From: an uncultured Nitrospiraceae bacterium
GTDB taxonomy: Bacteria > Nitrospirota > Thermodesulfovibrionia > Thermodesulfovibrionales > SM23-35
Length of the DNA: 64,000 nucleotides
NCBI GenBank assembly: GCA_963727775.1
Contig: CAVSHB010000001.1
Location: 1,120,001-1,184,000 of the forward strand
Reading direction: 5' to 3'
A program made the position numbers and the translations under genes. This document shows, piece after piece, positions 1 through 10,856 of this stretch; the stretch's first letter is position 1, and every line of letters starts with the position of its first letter. The notes below the pieces were generated by a model that ran no database searches, was not told the DNA's origin, and worked only from the letters and a program-made list of their open reading frames with translations.

Positions 1-149
1 TCACACGATGCATTGAGTAGCAGATTATTCAAGTTAACAGATTCGCTTCCACCATAACTGACGCTATGAATATGTACTAACACAATGGCTGAAACAATTG
101 TCAACAGCCTGCGCAATCCTATTCCTCCCATTGGCAGATTGTCATTCAT
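1..149 (-). CDS. N-terminus of a probably exported protein, runs off the window edge
   Basis: Manual translation from ATG at 149: MNDNLPMGGIGLRRLLTIVSAIVLVHIHSVSYGGSESVNLNNLLLNASC..., open to position 1; signal-peptide-like hydrophobic stretch. Confidence 0.5.
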   Translation of the reverse strand, partial: MNDNLPMGGIGLRRLLTIVSAIVLVHIHSVSYGGSESVNLNNLLLNASC

Positions 150-502
150 GCAAGGATTATAGCATGCTCCAATGGAGACTATATAAAAAAATTAGTTTTG
201 TAAGATTCTTTTGCGTATTGCCGGTCGTACTGTGGACCATTTTAGCAGCTTCAAAGGGCGTTGACTACAACAAGGAAGTAAACTTGCGCCTAGTTTCATC
301 TTTTTTCGCATTACGTCTTTCGCCCTGTACTATGCATCACCTTTTTATTTGGTCCACCGCGCCTACAACTACTCAGAATTAGGAAGAAAACAAAATTGAA
401 GATTTCGGTCACAAATGAATAGTGAGGTGCGCTCTACCTATGTTCAACTGTAGCGATTTGTATCTTATGCGGTGAGCTGCCGAATTTTTCATCGCCTATA
501 TA

Positions 503-2125
503 GAGTCTGTCCATAAACTACCGTTTCCTAATTTACGAACAGAAAACTGTCCCGGCAGTGCCGGCACCTGTTCGGATTGTGGTCCTTATACTTCAAAAAG
601 CATGCTGTCGTCATATTTTTCATGATTTCGGACGTGGATATCCCTTTATGCTCCTTTTGTGATCTGCCTTTCGCCTGTCTTCATTGCATCTGCGTTTGCA
701 TCTTCGCAAGGAGCGCTCCTGTCATCACACGAATGTTGTAAACAATCACGTTCCAGTACACCTTGGCATCAAATCGCGCCCTTGTCTTCCATTCGCACCG
801 GTACAATTCAAAACCCCTTTTCAGATTCGAGATAACTGCTTCAATGCCGCTGCGCCATTTCTTCAGCCGCGTTTCCATGTTCGCGCTTCTGACGATGTTC
901 TTAAGCGACCCTTTTATCTTATTGAAGACGATGTTGACGATCCCTTTCCCATGCGCTATCCTCGCATTGTCCTTTGAGGCATAGCCGCCGTCAGTCACCA
1001 TATCACGGGGGATTATCTTATAGTTATCCTTGAGACGATCTATCACTGCCCCATAAAGTGTTGCGTCGGCAGGGTTGCCCTCCAGCACCTTGCAATCAAG
1101 TATCAGATTGCTACGGCCTGTCGCAAGGTTTATCTTATGTCCAAATTCTACTTCTCTCCTCCCCTTCACTATGATGTCCGTATGGTCTTCATAGATCGAA
1201 AATATCTTCTCTTCGTTCGGCACAGCCTCCCCAAGGATCTCATGTCGCCGGGAGATGTCATATACTTTCTCCGCCTTCGGCAACACGTCTTTCAGTTCTT
1301 TCCTTGCCGCCTCTGCAATTATCCAGCCTTCTATCGTTTTGGGCAGTTCTGCTGTTAATGCCCTCTCTGCCTGGTTGATGCTGCTGCGAAGCAGCTTCAG
1401 TTGTTTCTTGAATTCCTCTTCCCGTTCCTCTTTAGCTTTGGTGTTATTGATCTTGTAATGGTTCTTCTTAGCCTGTTTCTTGTAGCTCCGTACCTTGATC
1501 TCCACTCCACTGGCCTTCAGTTTTTTCAATAGTCGATCTATGGTTTTGATGCAGTCCCATATCAATGAGTTGTTTGTCGGATAATGTATATTTGTCTCTA
1601 TTACGGTCCCGTCGGTCCGTATGCTTTTGCCGTCTTCAAGCCCTTCGCCTATTGCGGTTTTATTGATCGCTACCATCACCTTATCCAGCGCTTCTCCGCT
1701 TATCCGGGATATGTATTTCTGATACGCCTCAAAGGAAAACGGCTTCCGGTCGTCAAGTTTGATAAATACCGCGCACATCCTGGAATCATGTTGCGCATGC
1801 TCAAGCTCACGATAGGTCAGGTTTTTCATCTCTTTGTATATCGCCGCCCTCACTATCTGTTCCACTGTCGGCATGTCCTGCCTGCCGAGACTGCTGCTTT
1901 CTTTGCCCTTGGTTATGTCATCCTTCACTATTTCGTATATCTCAGGATGCTGGTTCAGTATCGTGTCCATTACAGCCAGTTCCGGATTCAAGGCCCACAG
2001 CTCTTTTTCAAATTGCAGTTTCAGTTCCTTCAACAGTTTCAAGGCTTCCTCCACGTTTCTTATTTCCTCTGCAATTTTACCATTTCTCTTTTTGTTTCCT
2101 ATAGTTATAATTTATGGACAGACTC
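503..2125 (-). mobile_element. IS5-like/ISNCY insertion sequence
   Basis: Perfect inverted repeats GAGTCTGTCCATAAA (503-517; reverse complement at 2111-2125) flanked on both sides by TATATA (497-502, 2126-2131); encloses a DDE transposase. Confidence 0.85.
681..2054 (-). CDS. DDE transposase (ISNCY/IS5-like), 457 aa
   Basis: Motifs RTDGTVIETNIHYPT, VTDGGY, RSGIEAVISNLKR. Confidence 0.9.
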   Translation of the reverse strand: MEEALKLLKELKLQFEKELWALNPELAVMDTILNQHPEIYEIVKDDITKGKESSSLGRQDMPTVEQIVRAAIYKEMKNLTYRELEHAQHDSRMCAVFIKLDDRKPFSFEAYQKYISRISGEALDKVMVAINKTAIGEGLEDGKSIRTDGTVIETNIHYPTNNSLIWDCIKTIDRLLKKLKASGVEIKVRSYKKQAKKNHYKINNTKAKEEREEEFKKQLKLLRSSINQAERALTAELPKTIEGWIIAEAARKELKDVLPKAEKVYDISRRHEILGEAVPNEEKIFSIYEDHTDIIVKGRREVEFGHKINLATGRSNLILDCKVLEGNPADATLYGAVIDRLKDNYKIIPRDMVTDGGYASKDNARIAHGKGIVNIVFNKIKGSLKNIVRSANMETRLKKWRSGIEAVISNLKRGFELYRCEWKTRARFDAKVYWNVIVYNIRVMTGALLAKMQTQMQ

Positions 2126-2260
2126 TATATAATGTCACCAAGCCCATGCATCGAAATATATCCATGGATACATGAACGTGCAGTTGCCCAAGCCATCTGT
2201 AATCACTCTTTCCGACTCGGCACAGCTTAAGCTGAAAAAAAACGGGCAGAGTGGCGGGAC

Positions 2261-3091
2261 TTATAACTTATCCACTGCTTTGGGCACTGAGGGATATATA
2301 AGTCTGGTGTAGTGATCTGTCAACTGCTCTTTAAGAGATGAGTTATCGAAGTTATAGCCAAGAATTCTAATATCATCTCGATATGCGTCAGAGACTATCT
2401 CTATCATTTCATTGTCGTAATATGCCTTATAATCTTTTTCCCCTGAAGCTGTTTTATTTAAATGCATTAGTTCGGAACTGATGCCGATTCGATTGCTGAC
2501 ATGAGTAAAATCCTGATCTAGATTTTCAAAGTAACCAATAAAATCAACAACCGGCGTATTATCGCCCTTTATACAAATAAAGTCACGCTGAGCGCGAAAA
2601 TGAATATATTTTTTGATGTTGTCTGGAGTTACCCAGACCTTCACAAAGCTATCGAAATTTTTGTAGGCAGATAAATTTTCCTCATACCATTTCTTGTCTC
2701 TTTCGTTCAACCCTCCTGCCTTCAAAAAATAATATGCGTCTACAAGTCTATCCCATGGGTTCCGAACAAACGCAAATTTGAAATAACTATCAAATTCTTC
2801 TCGCCTAAAGATTACTCTGTAATCCGCTATGCTTAGGTGATTAATTCCAATATTGCCGAATAAGCTTCTACATATAGAGGTCCCTGCACATTTCGGAATA
2901 TGCACAAAGATACATCTGTGTTTATCAAATTCTTCCGATGAGAAACCAGCAAGACTTTCGAGTTTTAATAGATCTTGTAGTTTTCGAAACTTCTTTGAGC
3001 GACTACACCATAAATAATATAGTATAATCTCGCGCTGAATTGACGGCGGCAAACAGTGATATGATTGTCTGAAGATACTCGGTATCTGCAC
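2261..3091 (-). CDS. Sulfotransferase family 2 protein
   Basis: PAPS-binding motifs IFVHIPKCAGTSI and FAFVRNPWDRLV. Confidence 0.85.
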   Translation of the reverse strand: MQIPSIFRQSYHCLPPSIQREIILYYLWCSRSKKFRKLQDLLKLESLAGFSSEEFDKHRCIFVHIPKCAGTSICRSLFGNIGINHLSIADYRVIFRREEFDSYFKFAFVRNPWDRLVDAYYFLKAGGLNERDKKWYEENLSAYKNFDSFVKVWVTPDNIKKYIHFRAQRDFICIKGDNTPVVDFIGYFENLDQDFTHVSNRIGISSELMHLNKTASGEKDYKAYYDNEMIEIVSDAYRDDIRILGYNFDNSSLKEQLTDHYTRLIYPSVPKAVDKL

Positions 3092-3261
3092 AATTTAAAC
3101 TCATAGCAGATGATTCCGTGTTTGTCAATTGAATTGATAAATACCTTTCTCTTCATTGTTTCCAGTTGAACTGCGTACAAGTACATCTTGTTTAAAATGC
3201 ATTGATAACAGGAAGAATTAGCGGTAGTCTGATCACAAAGTCAAAAATCCGGATTAGCTTT

Positions 3262-3780
3262 TTATGGCTTATCCTGCTTTTCGAACCTCCCCTCATACTT
3301 CGCTCTGCCGATACACTTCTCAAAAATGAATTGACAGACTCTTGTCCCAGGATACAGAGCTAAACGAGTATGTCCCAGGTTCACGATTTCCAAAACCTGA
3401 TGGTTCGAAATGCCGGGATGCATGAAGCCTGCCGTTACATGGATAGCAAGGCCAAAACGTGCAAACCTACTCCTACCTTCAAGCCAGCCACAATAATTTT
3501 CTGCTAATGTAATCTTTTCTTTCGTTATCCCTAAAATCATTTCATCGGGCTTCACAATGATTGCCTTACCGTCTGGTATTGAAATAACCTCTGTGACATC
3601 CTCGAAGTTAGAATCATCCTTGACATGGTAAACGCCGGGATGTCTTTTGAATATCCTAAAATCGTTCCCTAACGTTAGATCAATAGAGCCGGCGCCTATC
3701 TGTGATTCCTCCAGAGGCTCTATCTTGATAAGTCCCTGGTCAATTGCTTTTTTGATCTCGTCTCGAGTGAGGATAGCCAT
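3262..3780 (-). CDS. dcd: dCTP deaminase
   Basis: GAGSIDLTLG, EGRSRFARFGL, TAGFMHPG, LEIVN motifs. Confidence 0.9.
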   Translation of the reverse strand: MAILTRDEIKKAIDQGLIKIEPLEESQIGAGSIDLTLGNDFRIFKRHPGVYHVKDDSNFEDVTEVISIPDGKAIIVKPDEMILGITKEKITLAENYCGWLEGRSRFARFGLAIHVTAGFMHPGISNHQVLEIVNLGHTRLALYPGTRVCQFIFEKCIGRAKYEGRFEKQDKP

Positions 3781-4040
3781 AAAATTATATAGAAAGAATT
3801 CTGGAAGATTATAAGATAAGCGTCTACCTCTTTACAACCATGATGATCGTTGGCATAAAGTTATGAGCTACTAACTTTGGCTTAAAAGTAGGAATCGATC
3901 TCGAGTTATACCCACCACGCAATGACAGTGAATGTTTATAAGGCTATATAACTTTTTTTGCGGTGAACCATGTTTCGCCTGCTCTATATATGATAGAATT
4001 CTTAAAGCGGTTTATAAAACCTTTCGAAAAGGAGATTTGT

Positions 4041-4250
4041 ATGAACATTAATATTGATACACCCGAATTAATCACTCCGATCTCAGCTGCGGTTCTTTTG
4101 AACACCCTTCGCCTTGAAGAACTAATCGCCCTACAAAAGGGCCAATCATTTGATCAAAAGAAAGCCTTAGAATCCATTATCACGTTATGGTGCGATCTTA
4201 CATTGGCACTCCTTAAGAAGATGACGCCTGCACCGACCCCTAAGCTATAG
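4041..4250 (+). CDS. Small hypothetical protein
   Basis: ATG at 4041 after AAGGAG RBS; lies just upstream of the TSUP gene. Confidence 0.5.
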   Translation: MNINIDTPELITPISAAVLLNTLRLEELIALQKGQSFDQKKALESIITLWCDLTLALLKKMTPAPTPKL

Positions 4251-4266
4251 TAACCGACGGGAAAAA

Positions 4267-5025
4267 TTGTATTTTAAAGCAGCTATTATTGGATGTCTAA
4301 CGGGGTTTATATCTGCTTTCTTTGGTATCGGAGGCAGTAGCATTGACACACCGTTATTGAGGCTATTTCTTAACCTCCCACCTTATAGCGCTCTTGGGAC
4401 ACCTCTGCCATTGACTTTATTAACAGCTACCATAGCATCATTTGCATATAGAAGAGAACACCTTGTAAATTTCAGGATTGCTTTATACAGTCTCGTTGGA
4501 GGAGTCCCGGGACTAATTGCAGGCTCTTATCTAACAACGTATCTTTCGGGAAAGTTCTTAATGCTCTTTACAGCATTTATACTCTTTTTTATGGGGATCG
4601 ATTTTTTTTATAACAATGTAATAGAAAAGATTTTTCACAAGAGGAATGTTTCTTCTTCTCCTCCTGCTTACTCTATAATCAGTGTTGCTATCGTCATAGG
4701 GCTTTTATCAGGGATTCTCGCTAACGGAGGAGGGATATTCTTTGTCCCTGCCTATATTGTGTTATTTCGAATGAAGATGAAAGAAGCTGTCGCCACATCA
4801 CTTCTGACGGTGGCTGTAATGTCTATTCCGGGAATGCTGATCCATTATCACCTCGGACACATTGATCTGGAAATAAGTGCTGCCATTGGCATCGGTGTTG
4901 CTCCTATGGCGTACATTGGAGCAAAGATGGATATCAAAACTCAATCAAAGACTATAAAGCTGCTCTTCGGGACACTGCTTATCACTTTCTCAATTTATTT
5001 TCTTATAAGCCAGTTGTGGTTTTGA
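4267..5025 (+). CDS. TSUP family (TauE/SafE) transporter
   Basis: Multiple TM helices; SAFFGIGG and second-half GILANGGGIFFVP / AVATSL repeats. Confidence 0.85.
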   Translation: MYFKAAIIGCLTGFISAFFGIGGSSIDTPLLRLFLNLPPYSALGTPLPLTLLTATIASFAYRREHLVNFRIALYSLVGGVPGLIAGSYLTTYLSGKFLMLFTAFILFFMGIDFFYNNVIEKIFHKRNVSSSPPAYSIISVAIVIGLLSGILANGGGIFFVPAYIVLFRMKMKEAVATSLLTVAVMSIPGMLIHYHLGHIDLEISAAIGIGVAPMAYIGAKMDIKTQSKTIKLLFGTLLITFSIYFLISQLWF

Positions 5026-5241
5026 ATGTTTGAAGTTCCCCGTGCCAATTCCGATAAATTTATAAAATATTAAGCGCAGGCTTTCATGCCATCAGATATC
5101 CATCTACTTATATATATCGCCCAGTGGCGCCGCTCAATATAAGAATGTATGGATCTGTCGAATTAGTGTATACTTTTAGTAGTGTGCATCCTGAAACTCA
5201 GGAATTAATACTAAAGATCCGTAAACATAAGGAGAAGAACG

Positions 5242-5526
5242 ATGGCAGAAAAGAAGAAAAAAACTGTAAAAGAAGGGACCTCTAACTCAGGATTTATGAA
5301 GCCTATGAAACCGAGCGAGGCACTGGCTAAGATAGTGGGGAATGAACCCTTGCCAAGGTCGGAAATGACCAAGAAGCTATGGGAATATATCAAGAAGAAT
5401 AATCTCCAGGATGCAGAGAATAAGAGGAATATCAATGCGGATGAGAACCTCCTGGCGGTATTCGACGGGAAGAAGCAAGTCTCAATGTTCGAGATGACTA
5501 AATTAGTCAATAAACATCTTAGCTAA
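5242..5526 (+). CDS. Stand-alone SWIB/MDM2 domain protein
   Basis: FMKPMKPSEALAKIVG...RSEMTKKLWEYIKKNNLQD...VSMFEMTKLVNKHL; AGGAG RBS. Confidence 0.9.
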   Translation: MAEKKKKTVKEGTSNSGFMKPMKPSEALAKIVGNEPLPRSEMTKKLWEYIKKNNLQDAENKRNINADENLLAVFDGKKQVSMFEMTKLVNKHLS

Positions 5527-5604
5527 TAGTCAATTATTGAATCTTAAAAGCGTTAGAACTTTGGAACCCCGAAATGAGGGATGCGCCCCTGATGTGATCT
5601 GACC

Positions 5605-6303
5605 GTGCAGATTCCTCCCTATCTTGTGAACGAGCATTATGACGATCGCTATTTCGATGTAGTCAATGCAATTGAAGAAGCGAAACGCATCTTTTTTCAG
5701 GGTGCCGGCATCATGGATATCCTTTCTGCCACAGGGCCGGGTAGGAAAGAATTCAGAATAGGTGAAACAGGCTTCGGCGCAGGCCGTCTACTCATTGCAC
5801 TCATGGATTTTCTGGACGATTGCGGCATCATGGACTTAGCGATTACCTACAATTCCGTTGAACTGCATCCGGTCACTTCTGAGCGAATGGCGTCCATTCT
5901 CGAAGGATTCAGACCAGAGGCCGGGCCGCTTATTGATCTGCTTGTCCGGACTTACAGCCGCATCGAAATTTCCAGACCGGGGTGGCACCGGATACAACTC
6001 ACCCGGCCTTTTGGCATCGTGACCTTAAACCTCTGGATTGGTGAGGCCCTCGAAATGGTACATGCACTCACAATTCCCTGTGACGCATGGTTTTTGGATG
6101 GTCATGGACCAAAGAAAAACCCTTCTATGTGGCGGAATGAGCTTCTTATGGCGATAGGAGAAAAAACAGTGACCGGCGGCACTATTGCGACCTTTACTGT
6201 TGCCGGAGTTGTTCGACGGGGACTTATCGCTGCGGGGTTTTCTGTCGAGCAGCGCCCTGGTTTTGGTGGGAAAAAAGCAGTGCTCAAGGGGCTAAAACTG
6301 TAG
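5605..6303 (+). CDS. mnmD: tRNA mnm5s2U34 methyltransferase, MnmC N-terminal-like (MnmD)
   Basis: YDDRYF, IGETGFGAG, DAWFLDGH, ATFTVAGVVRRGL, PGFGGKK motifs; no fused oxidase domain. Confidence 0.8.
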   Translation: MQIPPYLVNEHYDDRYFDVVNAIEEAKRIFFQGAGIMDILSATGPGRKEFRIGETGFGAGRLLIALMDFLDDCGIMDLAITYNSVELHPVTSERMASILEGFRPEAGPLIDLLVRTYSRIEISRPGWHRIQLTRPFGIVTLNLWIGEALEMVHALTIPCDAWFLDGHGPKKNPSMWRNELLMAIGEKTVTGGTIATFTVAGVVRRGLIAAGFSVEQRPGFGGKKAVLKGLKL

Positions 6304-6837
6304 TCATAATAAATGTCGGTCATCAAGTCTGCATCCGCCGTCTTCCTCTCCTTCGTCCTCTTCCTCAATAACCACGAGCGTCAGACCGCAATCAGAGCAC
6401 TCAGTGTCACCTGCGCCCACAGGGGAACCGCAGGCCGGGCATTTACCCTGGCTGGCCAGTTCGTGAGAAGCCCGGAGTTCCGGATGCATTTTCCTGAAGT
6501 ATTCCGCGATGCTCTCCTGAGCCCTTTCAAGGTCCTCCGTAGATACGATCAGCCGGAATTTACCGCGGCAGCGGCCTTTATTGCAGCCGGCATCGGAAGT
6601 GACTGTGCAAGGAATACCGGCATCAATGAGAACGTTATAGAGTTCACCTAACCACTTCAGATCGCCCTCCCTGACAACGGCTGAGTTTTCAATAGCCTTC
6701 GCCGCCAGCCGCTTCTTTTCTTCCTGTGCCCTTTTATGCTCCTCGTGCAAGAGGAGGACCGCGCCGCAATCAGCGCATTTCTCGATATGCGGGAGATACT
6801 CAATTTCGCAATCAGGACATATCTTATTTCGGTTCAT
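6304..6837 (-). CDS. Zn-ribbon-containing hypothetical protein
   Basis: CPDC/CADC at the N-terminus and CPAC/CSDC at the C-terminus. Confidence 0.75.
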   Translation of the reverse strand: MNRNKICPDCEIEYLPHIEKCADCGAVLLLHEEHKRAQEEKKRLAAKAIENSAVVREGDLKWLGELYNVLIDAGIPCTVTSDAGCNKGRCRGKFRLIVSTEDLERAQESIAEYFRKMHPELRASHELASQGKCPACGSPVGAGDTECSDCGLTLVVIEEEDEGEEDGGCRLDDRHLL

Positions 6838-6980
6838 GGTTTGGGATAAGGAAAGTAAAACTTATTTTCCGGCTTATTCTACTATATTAGCAGAGCTTGG
6901 AACAAATCTCATCAAATTGCATTATTTGCTCAATATTTTGCTATGATCTATTTAGAAAGAGTAGCGGGAGTAATAAAAAC

Positions 6981-9900
6981 ATGCCGAAAGAAGAAAAGCC
7001 GGATACTACCTCCAATAAAATTAAACATCCCGGTAATGAGACCGAATCATATTACCGCACAATATTTGAACAGTCCCCTGACGGCATGCTAATCATTGAT
7101 ACCATGGGAAAGATCATTGAATTCAATGAGGCAGCATGTCGACATCTCGGGTATTCCAGGGAAGAATTTTCAAAACTCAGCATATCCGATATCGATTCGG
7201 ACCAGACCCCTGAAGAAATAGAAGAGACTATTAAGAGGATTTTAAGAGATGGAAGGGCTGAGTTCGAAGTAAGACACAGGACAAAAAAAGGTGAAATAAG
7301 AAATGTTCTCGTTATTACGCAAGTGATCAACTTGTCCGGACGTACCGTCTTTAATTGCATTTGGAAAGATATCACCGATCGTAGGCGGGCAGATGCGGCA
7401 CTGCAAGCGAGTGAGAAACTGTACAGGCTTTTGGCAGAGAATTCAACCGACATCGTAACACGCCATTTGCCGGACAGTACATATCTTTATGTTTCCCCTG
7501 CATGTCGAACGTTATTTGGTTATGAACCTGAAGAATTGGTAGGCACAAAGGCCTTTGATCAGATACATCCGGAAGATGTCAACAGGGTCATAGCCCTTAC
7601 GCAAGAGGCCATTAAGACGGGTGGGACCAACATGGGACAATATCGCCACCGCAAAAAGGACGGAAGATATATTTGGGTGGAGACCGTCGGCAAAGTAATT
7701 AAGAATGCAGTAACAGGGAATGTTGAGGACATCATCTGTGTCGTCCGTGACATCACCAAACGCAAGCGTACAGAGGAAGAACTTCGAAAGATGAACCGAA
7801 CACTGCGGGCATTGAACAACAGCAGTCTCGCCATGATGCGCGCCAAAGATGAAACCTCTTATCTCAACGAAGTCTGCAGGATTATCGTTGAAGATTGCGG
7901 ACATGCTCTGGTCTGGATCGGCTATGCTGAAGAAGATGAAGGTAAGACCGTTCGTCCGGTAGCTTTTGCGGGTTTTGACGAAGGCTATATCAAAGCGTTG
8001 AATGTCACATGGGCTGATAAAGAACGCGGTCGGGGCCCTGTCGGCACTGCGATACGTACTGGACAACCATCAGTTTTCCGGAACATGCTTTCCGATCCCC
8101 GGTTCGCCCCATGGCGGGAAGATGCGCTCAAGCGTGGGTATACCGCTTCCGTCGGTCTTCCGCTTATAGCCGATGGAAAGGCTTTCGGCTCCATTACCAT
8201 CTATTCCAGAGACCCGGACCCCTTCTCTGATGAAGAAGTGAGATTGCTGGCTGATCTGGCTGATGATCTGGCTTATGGAATCAACTTAATACGGTTGCGT
8301 ACGACACATGTGAAGGCGGAGGAAGAACTTCGGCAGAGCGAAGAACATTATCGTACTTTGTTCGAGAACATGCTCAACGGATATGCCTATTGCAGGATGC
8401 TTTATGAGGATGGGGTACCACAGGACTTTATTTACCTCGATGTCAACCCGGCATTTGAGAAACTGACAGGGCTGAAGGATGTGGTCGGGAGAAAGGTATC
8501 GGAAGTTATTCCCGGAATACAGGAATCTGATCGGGAACTATTAGAGATTTACGGCAGGGTAGCTTATACAGGCATACCCGAGCGGATTGAGACCTATATT
8601 AAAGCCCTCGACATGTGGTTCTGGATATCGGTGTACAGTTCACAGAAAGAACACTTTGTTGCCGTATTTGATGTTATCACCGAGCGCAAAAAGGCTGAGG
8701 ATGAGTTAAGCCTATTCAAAACCCTGATAAATCAGGCAAATGACGCAATTTTTGTTATAGATCCTGTAACCGGCCGTTTTTTGGACGCAAATGCCAAGGC
8801 ATGCAACAATCTCGGATATGATCGGGAAGAGCTCTTTAAAATGACGGTTTTGGATATCGACGATATCGTTATCCCCGACATTGTATCATGGAAGGCCCAT
8901 GCCGATAATGTCAAAAATGAGGGGCACGTGTTCCTGGAGGGCAGGCACAAACGGAAGGATGGCACGACATACCCTGTTGAAGTGAATGTTAAATATGTAT
9001 CTCTTGAGAAAAGCGATTATATGGTAGCCGTGGCTCGCGATATCACCGAACGAAAGCAAGCAGAGGAGGCGTTGCAGAAGAGCGAAAAGAAATACAAAGA
9101 CCTCTTTGACTCTACCCTCGATGGGATCTATCAAATAGATGCCGACGGTGTCTTCATTCTGCTGAACCCCGCGGGGGCCAAGATGTTCGGCTACGAAAGT
9201 CCCGATGAGATAATCGGCAGAAAGGGCCTGGAATACTGGAGAGACCCTATGGACAGAGATGTCTTTAGGGAGGAACTGAAGATTAAGAAATCTGTGAGCG
9301 GTTACCATATGAAGCTTAAGAAAAAAAACGGGGAACCCATAGAATTTGAAACATCGAGCACCATAAAAGAGGATGAAAAAGGCGCTTTTCTTGGTATGGA
9401 GGGAATTCTGCGGGACGTAACAGAACGCCGGAAACTTGAAGACCAGCTTCTCCATGCCCAGAAGATGGAGGCTGTCGGACAGCTCGCAGGCGGCATTGCC
9501 CACGACTTCAATAATATCCTCACCGCAATGACGGGGTATGGTCATCTGCTGAAAATGAAGCTGAAAGAAGAGGACCCTTTAAGGAGTTATGCCGATAACA
9601 TCCTCTTATTATCAGATAAAGCGGCTAATTTGACCAAAAGCCTTCTTGCCTTCAGCAGGAAACAGATAATCAATCCAAGGCCGATAGATCTCAATGAGAT
9701 TATCAAAAGAATAGATCATTTACTATCAAGAATTATAGGGGAAGATATCCGCTTACAAACTACACTTTCAGAGAAAGCCCTGATTGTCATGGCAGACCCC
9801 GGGCAGGCAGAACAGGTATTGATGAACCTTGCAACGAATGCAAGGGACGCAATGCCTAAAGGCGGGATTTTGACTATCAGGACTGAAATTGTTGCTATTG

Positions 9901-10580
9901 ACAACGGATTCATAAAAGGGCATGGTTTTGGAAAAGAAGGAAAATATGCTCTTATATCGTTGACCGATACAGGCGCCGGCATGGAAAGAGAGACAAGGGA
10001 GAAAATATTTGAACCTTTCTTCACTACAAAAGAAGTCGGTAAGGGTACAGGACTTGGGCTTGCCATGGTATACGGGATAATCAAACAGCATGAAGGACAT
10101 ATCAATGTTTACAGTGAACTGGGTAGAGGGACCACGTTCAGAATTTATTTACCGTTGATACGGGCAGAGGCAGAAGAGATAAAACCTGAAGCTATACAAA
10201 CTGTTGAAAAAGGCACGGAGACAGTGCTGTTGGCAGAGGATGAAACTGAGGTAAGGGAATTCACAAGGGAATTGCTTGAAGAAAATGGTTATCAGGTAAT
10301 AACCGCGATAGATGGTCAGGATGCTATAAACAAATTCAAGGGGTACAAGAATGAAATTCAGTTTGTACTCCTTGATGTAATAATGCCGAACAAGAACGGT
10401 AAAGAGGCGTATGATGAGATCAAGCAAATAAAGCCTGATATCAAGGTGCTGTTTATGAGTGGATATCCGGCAGATATCATTCACAAACACGGGATTATTG
10501 AAAAAGGATTTGCATATATCGAAAAACCTGCTTCACCGACAAAGCTTTTGAGAAAAATAAGAGAAATTCTGGGTAAATAA
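6981..10580 (+). CDS. Hybrid sensor histidine kinase (multiple PAS, GAF, HisKA, HATPase, REC)
   Basis: GGIAHDFNNILT H-box, FFTTKEVGKGTGLGL, C-terminal receiver LLDVIMP. Confidence 0.93.
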   Translation: MPKEEKPDTTSNKIKHPGNETESYYRTIFEQSPDGMLIIDTMGKIIEFNEAACRHLGYSREEFSKLSISDIDSDQTPEEIEETIKRILRDGRAEFEVRHRTKKGEIRNVLVITQVINLSGRTVFNCIWKDITDRRRADAALQASEKLYRLLAENSTDIVTRHLPDSTYLYVSPACRTLFGYEPEELVGTKAFDQIHPEDVNRVIALTQEAIKTGGTNMGQYRHRKKDGRYIWVETVGKVIKNAVTGNVEDIICVVRDITKRKRTEEELRKMNRTLRALNNSSLAMMRAKDETSYLNEVCRIIVEDCGHALVWIGYAEEDEGKTVRPVAFAGFDEGYIKALNVTWADKERGRGPVGTAIRTGQPSVFRNMLSDPRFAPWREDALKRGYTASVGLPLIADGKAFGSITIYSRDPDPFSDEEVRLLADLADDLAYGINLIRLRTTHVKAEEELRQSEEHYRTLFENMLNGYAYCRMLYEDGVPQDFIYLDVNPAFEKLTGLKDVVGRKVSEVIPGIQESDRELLEIYGRVAYTGIPERIETYIKALDMWFWISVYSSQKEHFVAVFDVITERKKAEDELSLFKTLINQANDAIFVIDPVTGRFLDANAKACNNLGYDREELFKMTVLDIDDIVIPDIVSWKAHADNVKNEGHVFLEGRHKRKDGTTYPVEVNVKYVSLEKSDYMVAVARDITERKQAEEALQKSEKKYKDLFDSTLDGIYQIDADGVFILLNPAGAKMFGYESPDEIIGRKGLEYWRDPMDRDVFREELKIKKSVSGYHMKLKKKNGEPIEFETSSTIKEDEKGAFLGMEGILRDVTERRKLEDQLLHAQKMEAVGQLAGGIAHDFNNILTAMTGYGHLLKMKLKEEDPLRSYADNILLLSDKAANLTKSLLAFSRKQIINPRPIDLNEIIKRIDHLLSRIIGEDIRLQTTLSEKALIVMADPGQAEQVLMNLATNARDAMPKGGILTIRTEIVAIDNGFIKGHGFGKEGKYALISLTDTGAGMERETREKIFEPFFTTKEVGKGTGLGLAMVYGIIKQHEGHINVYSELGRGTTFRIYLPLIRAEAEEIKPEAIQTVEKGTETVLLAEDETEVREFTRELLEENGYQVITAIDGQDAINKFKGYKNEIQFVLLDVIMPNKNGKEAYDEIKQIKPDIKVLFMSGYPADIIHKHGIIEKGFAYIEKPASPTKLLRKIREILGK

Positions 10581-10856
10581 ATCCTGAAAGTCAATCGAGA
10601 TAATCTTGTAGTTTGACATCTATCATGTGCAAGATACATTCAAAAGTAAAACTATAGGCACAGTTCGCAATCCCAACCAGGCTTTGAGTTTGCGAATATT
10701 CAAATAAGTTTTCTTCGCATTCAACGCGCTGCCTTTTTTAGGGCAGGTGTCGCTGGAATAGAAAAGGAATATACCTGATACTATAGATATATTCCTTTTG
10801 TTTCAAGAAAAGCTGCACAGGGTAAATCGGGGGAGGCTTTCTGCTCCACCCGACTA

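Noticed and set aside
549..2260. Alternative IS ends GTCCCGGCAGT / AGTGGCGGGAC
   Set aside because: Only 9 of 11 match with no target duplication; the perfect repeats at 503 and 2125 explain the element better
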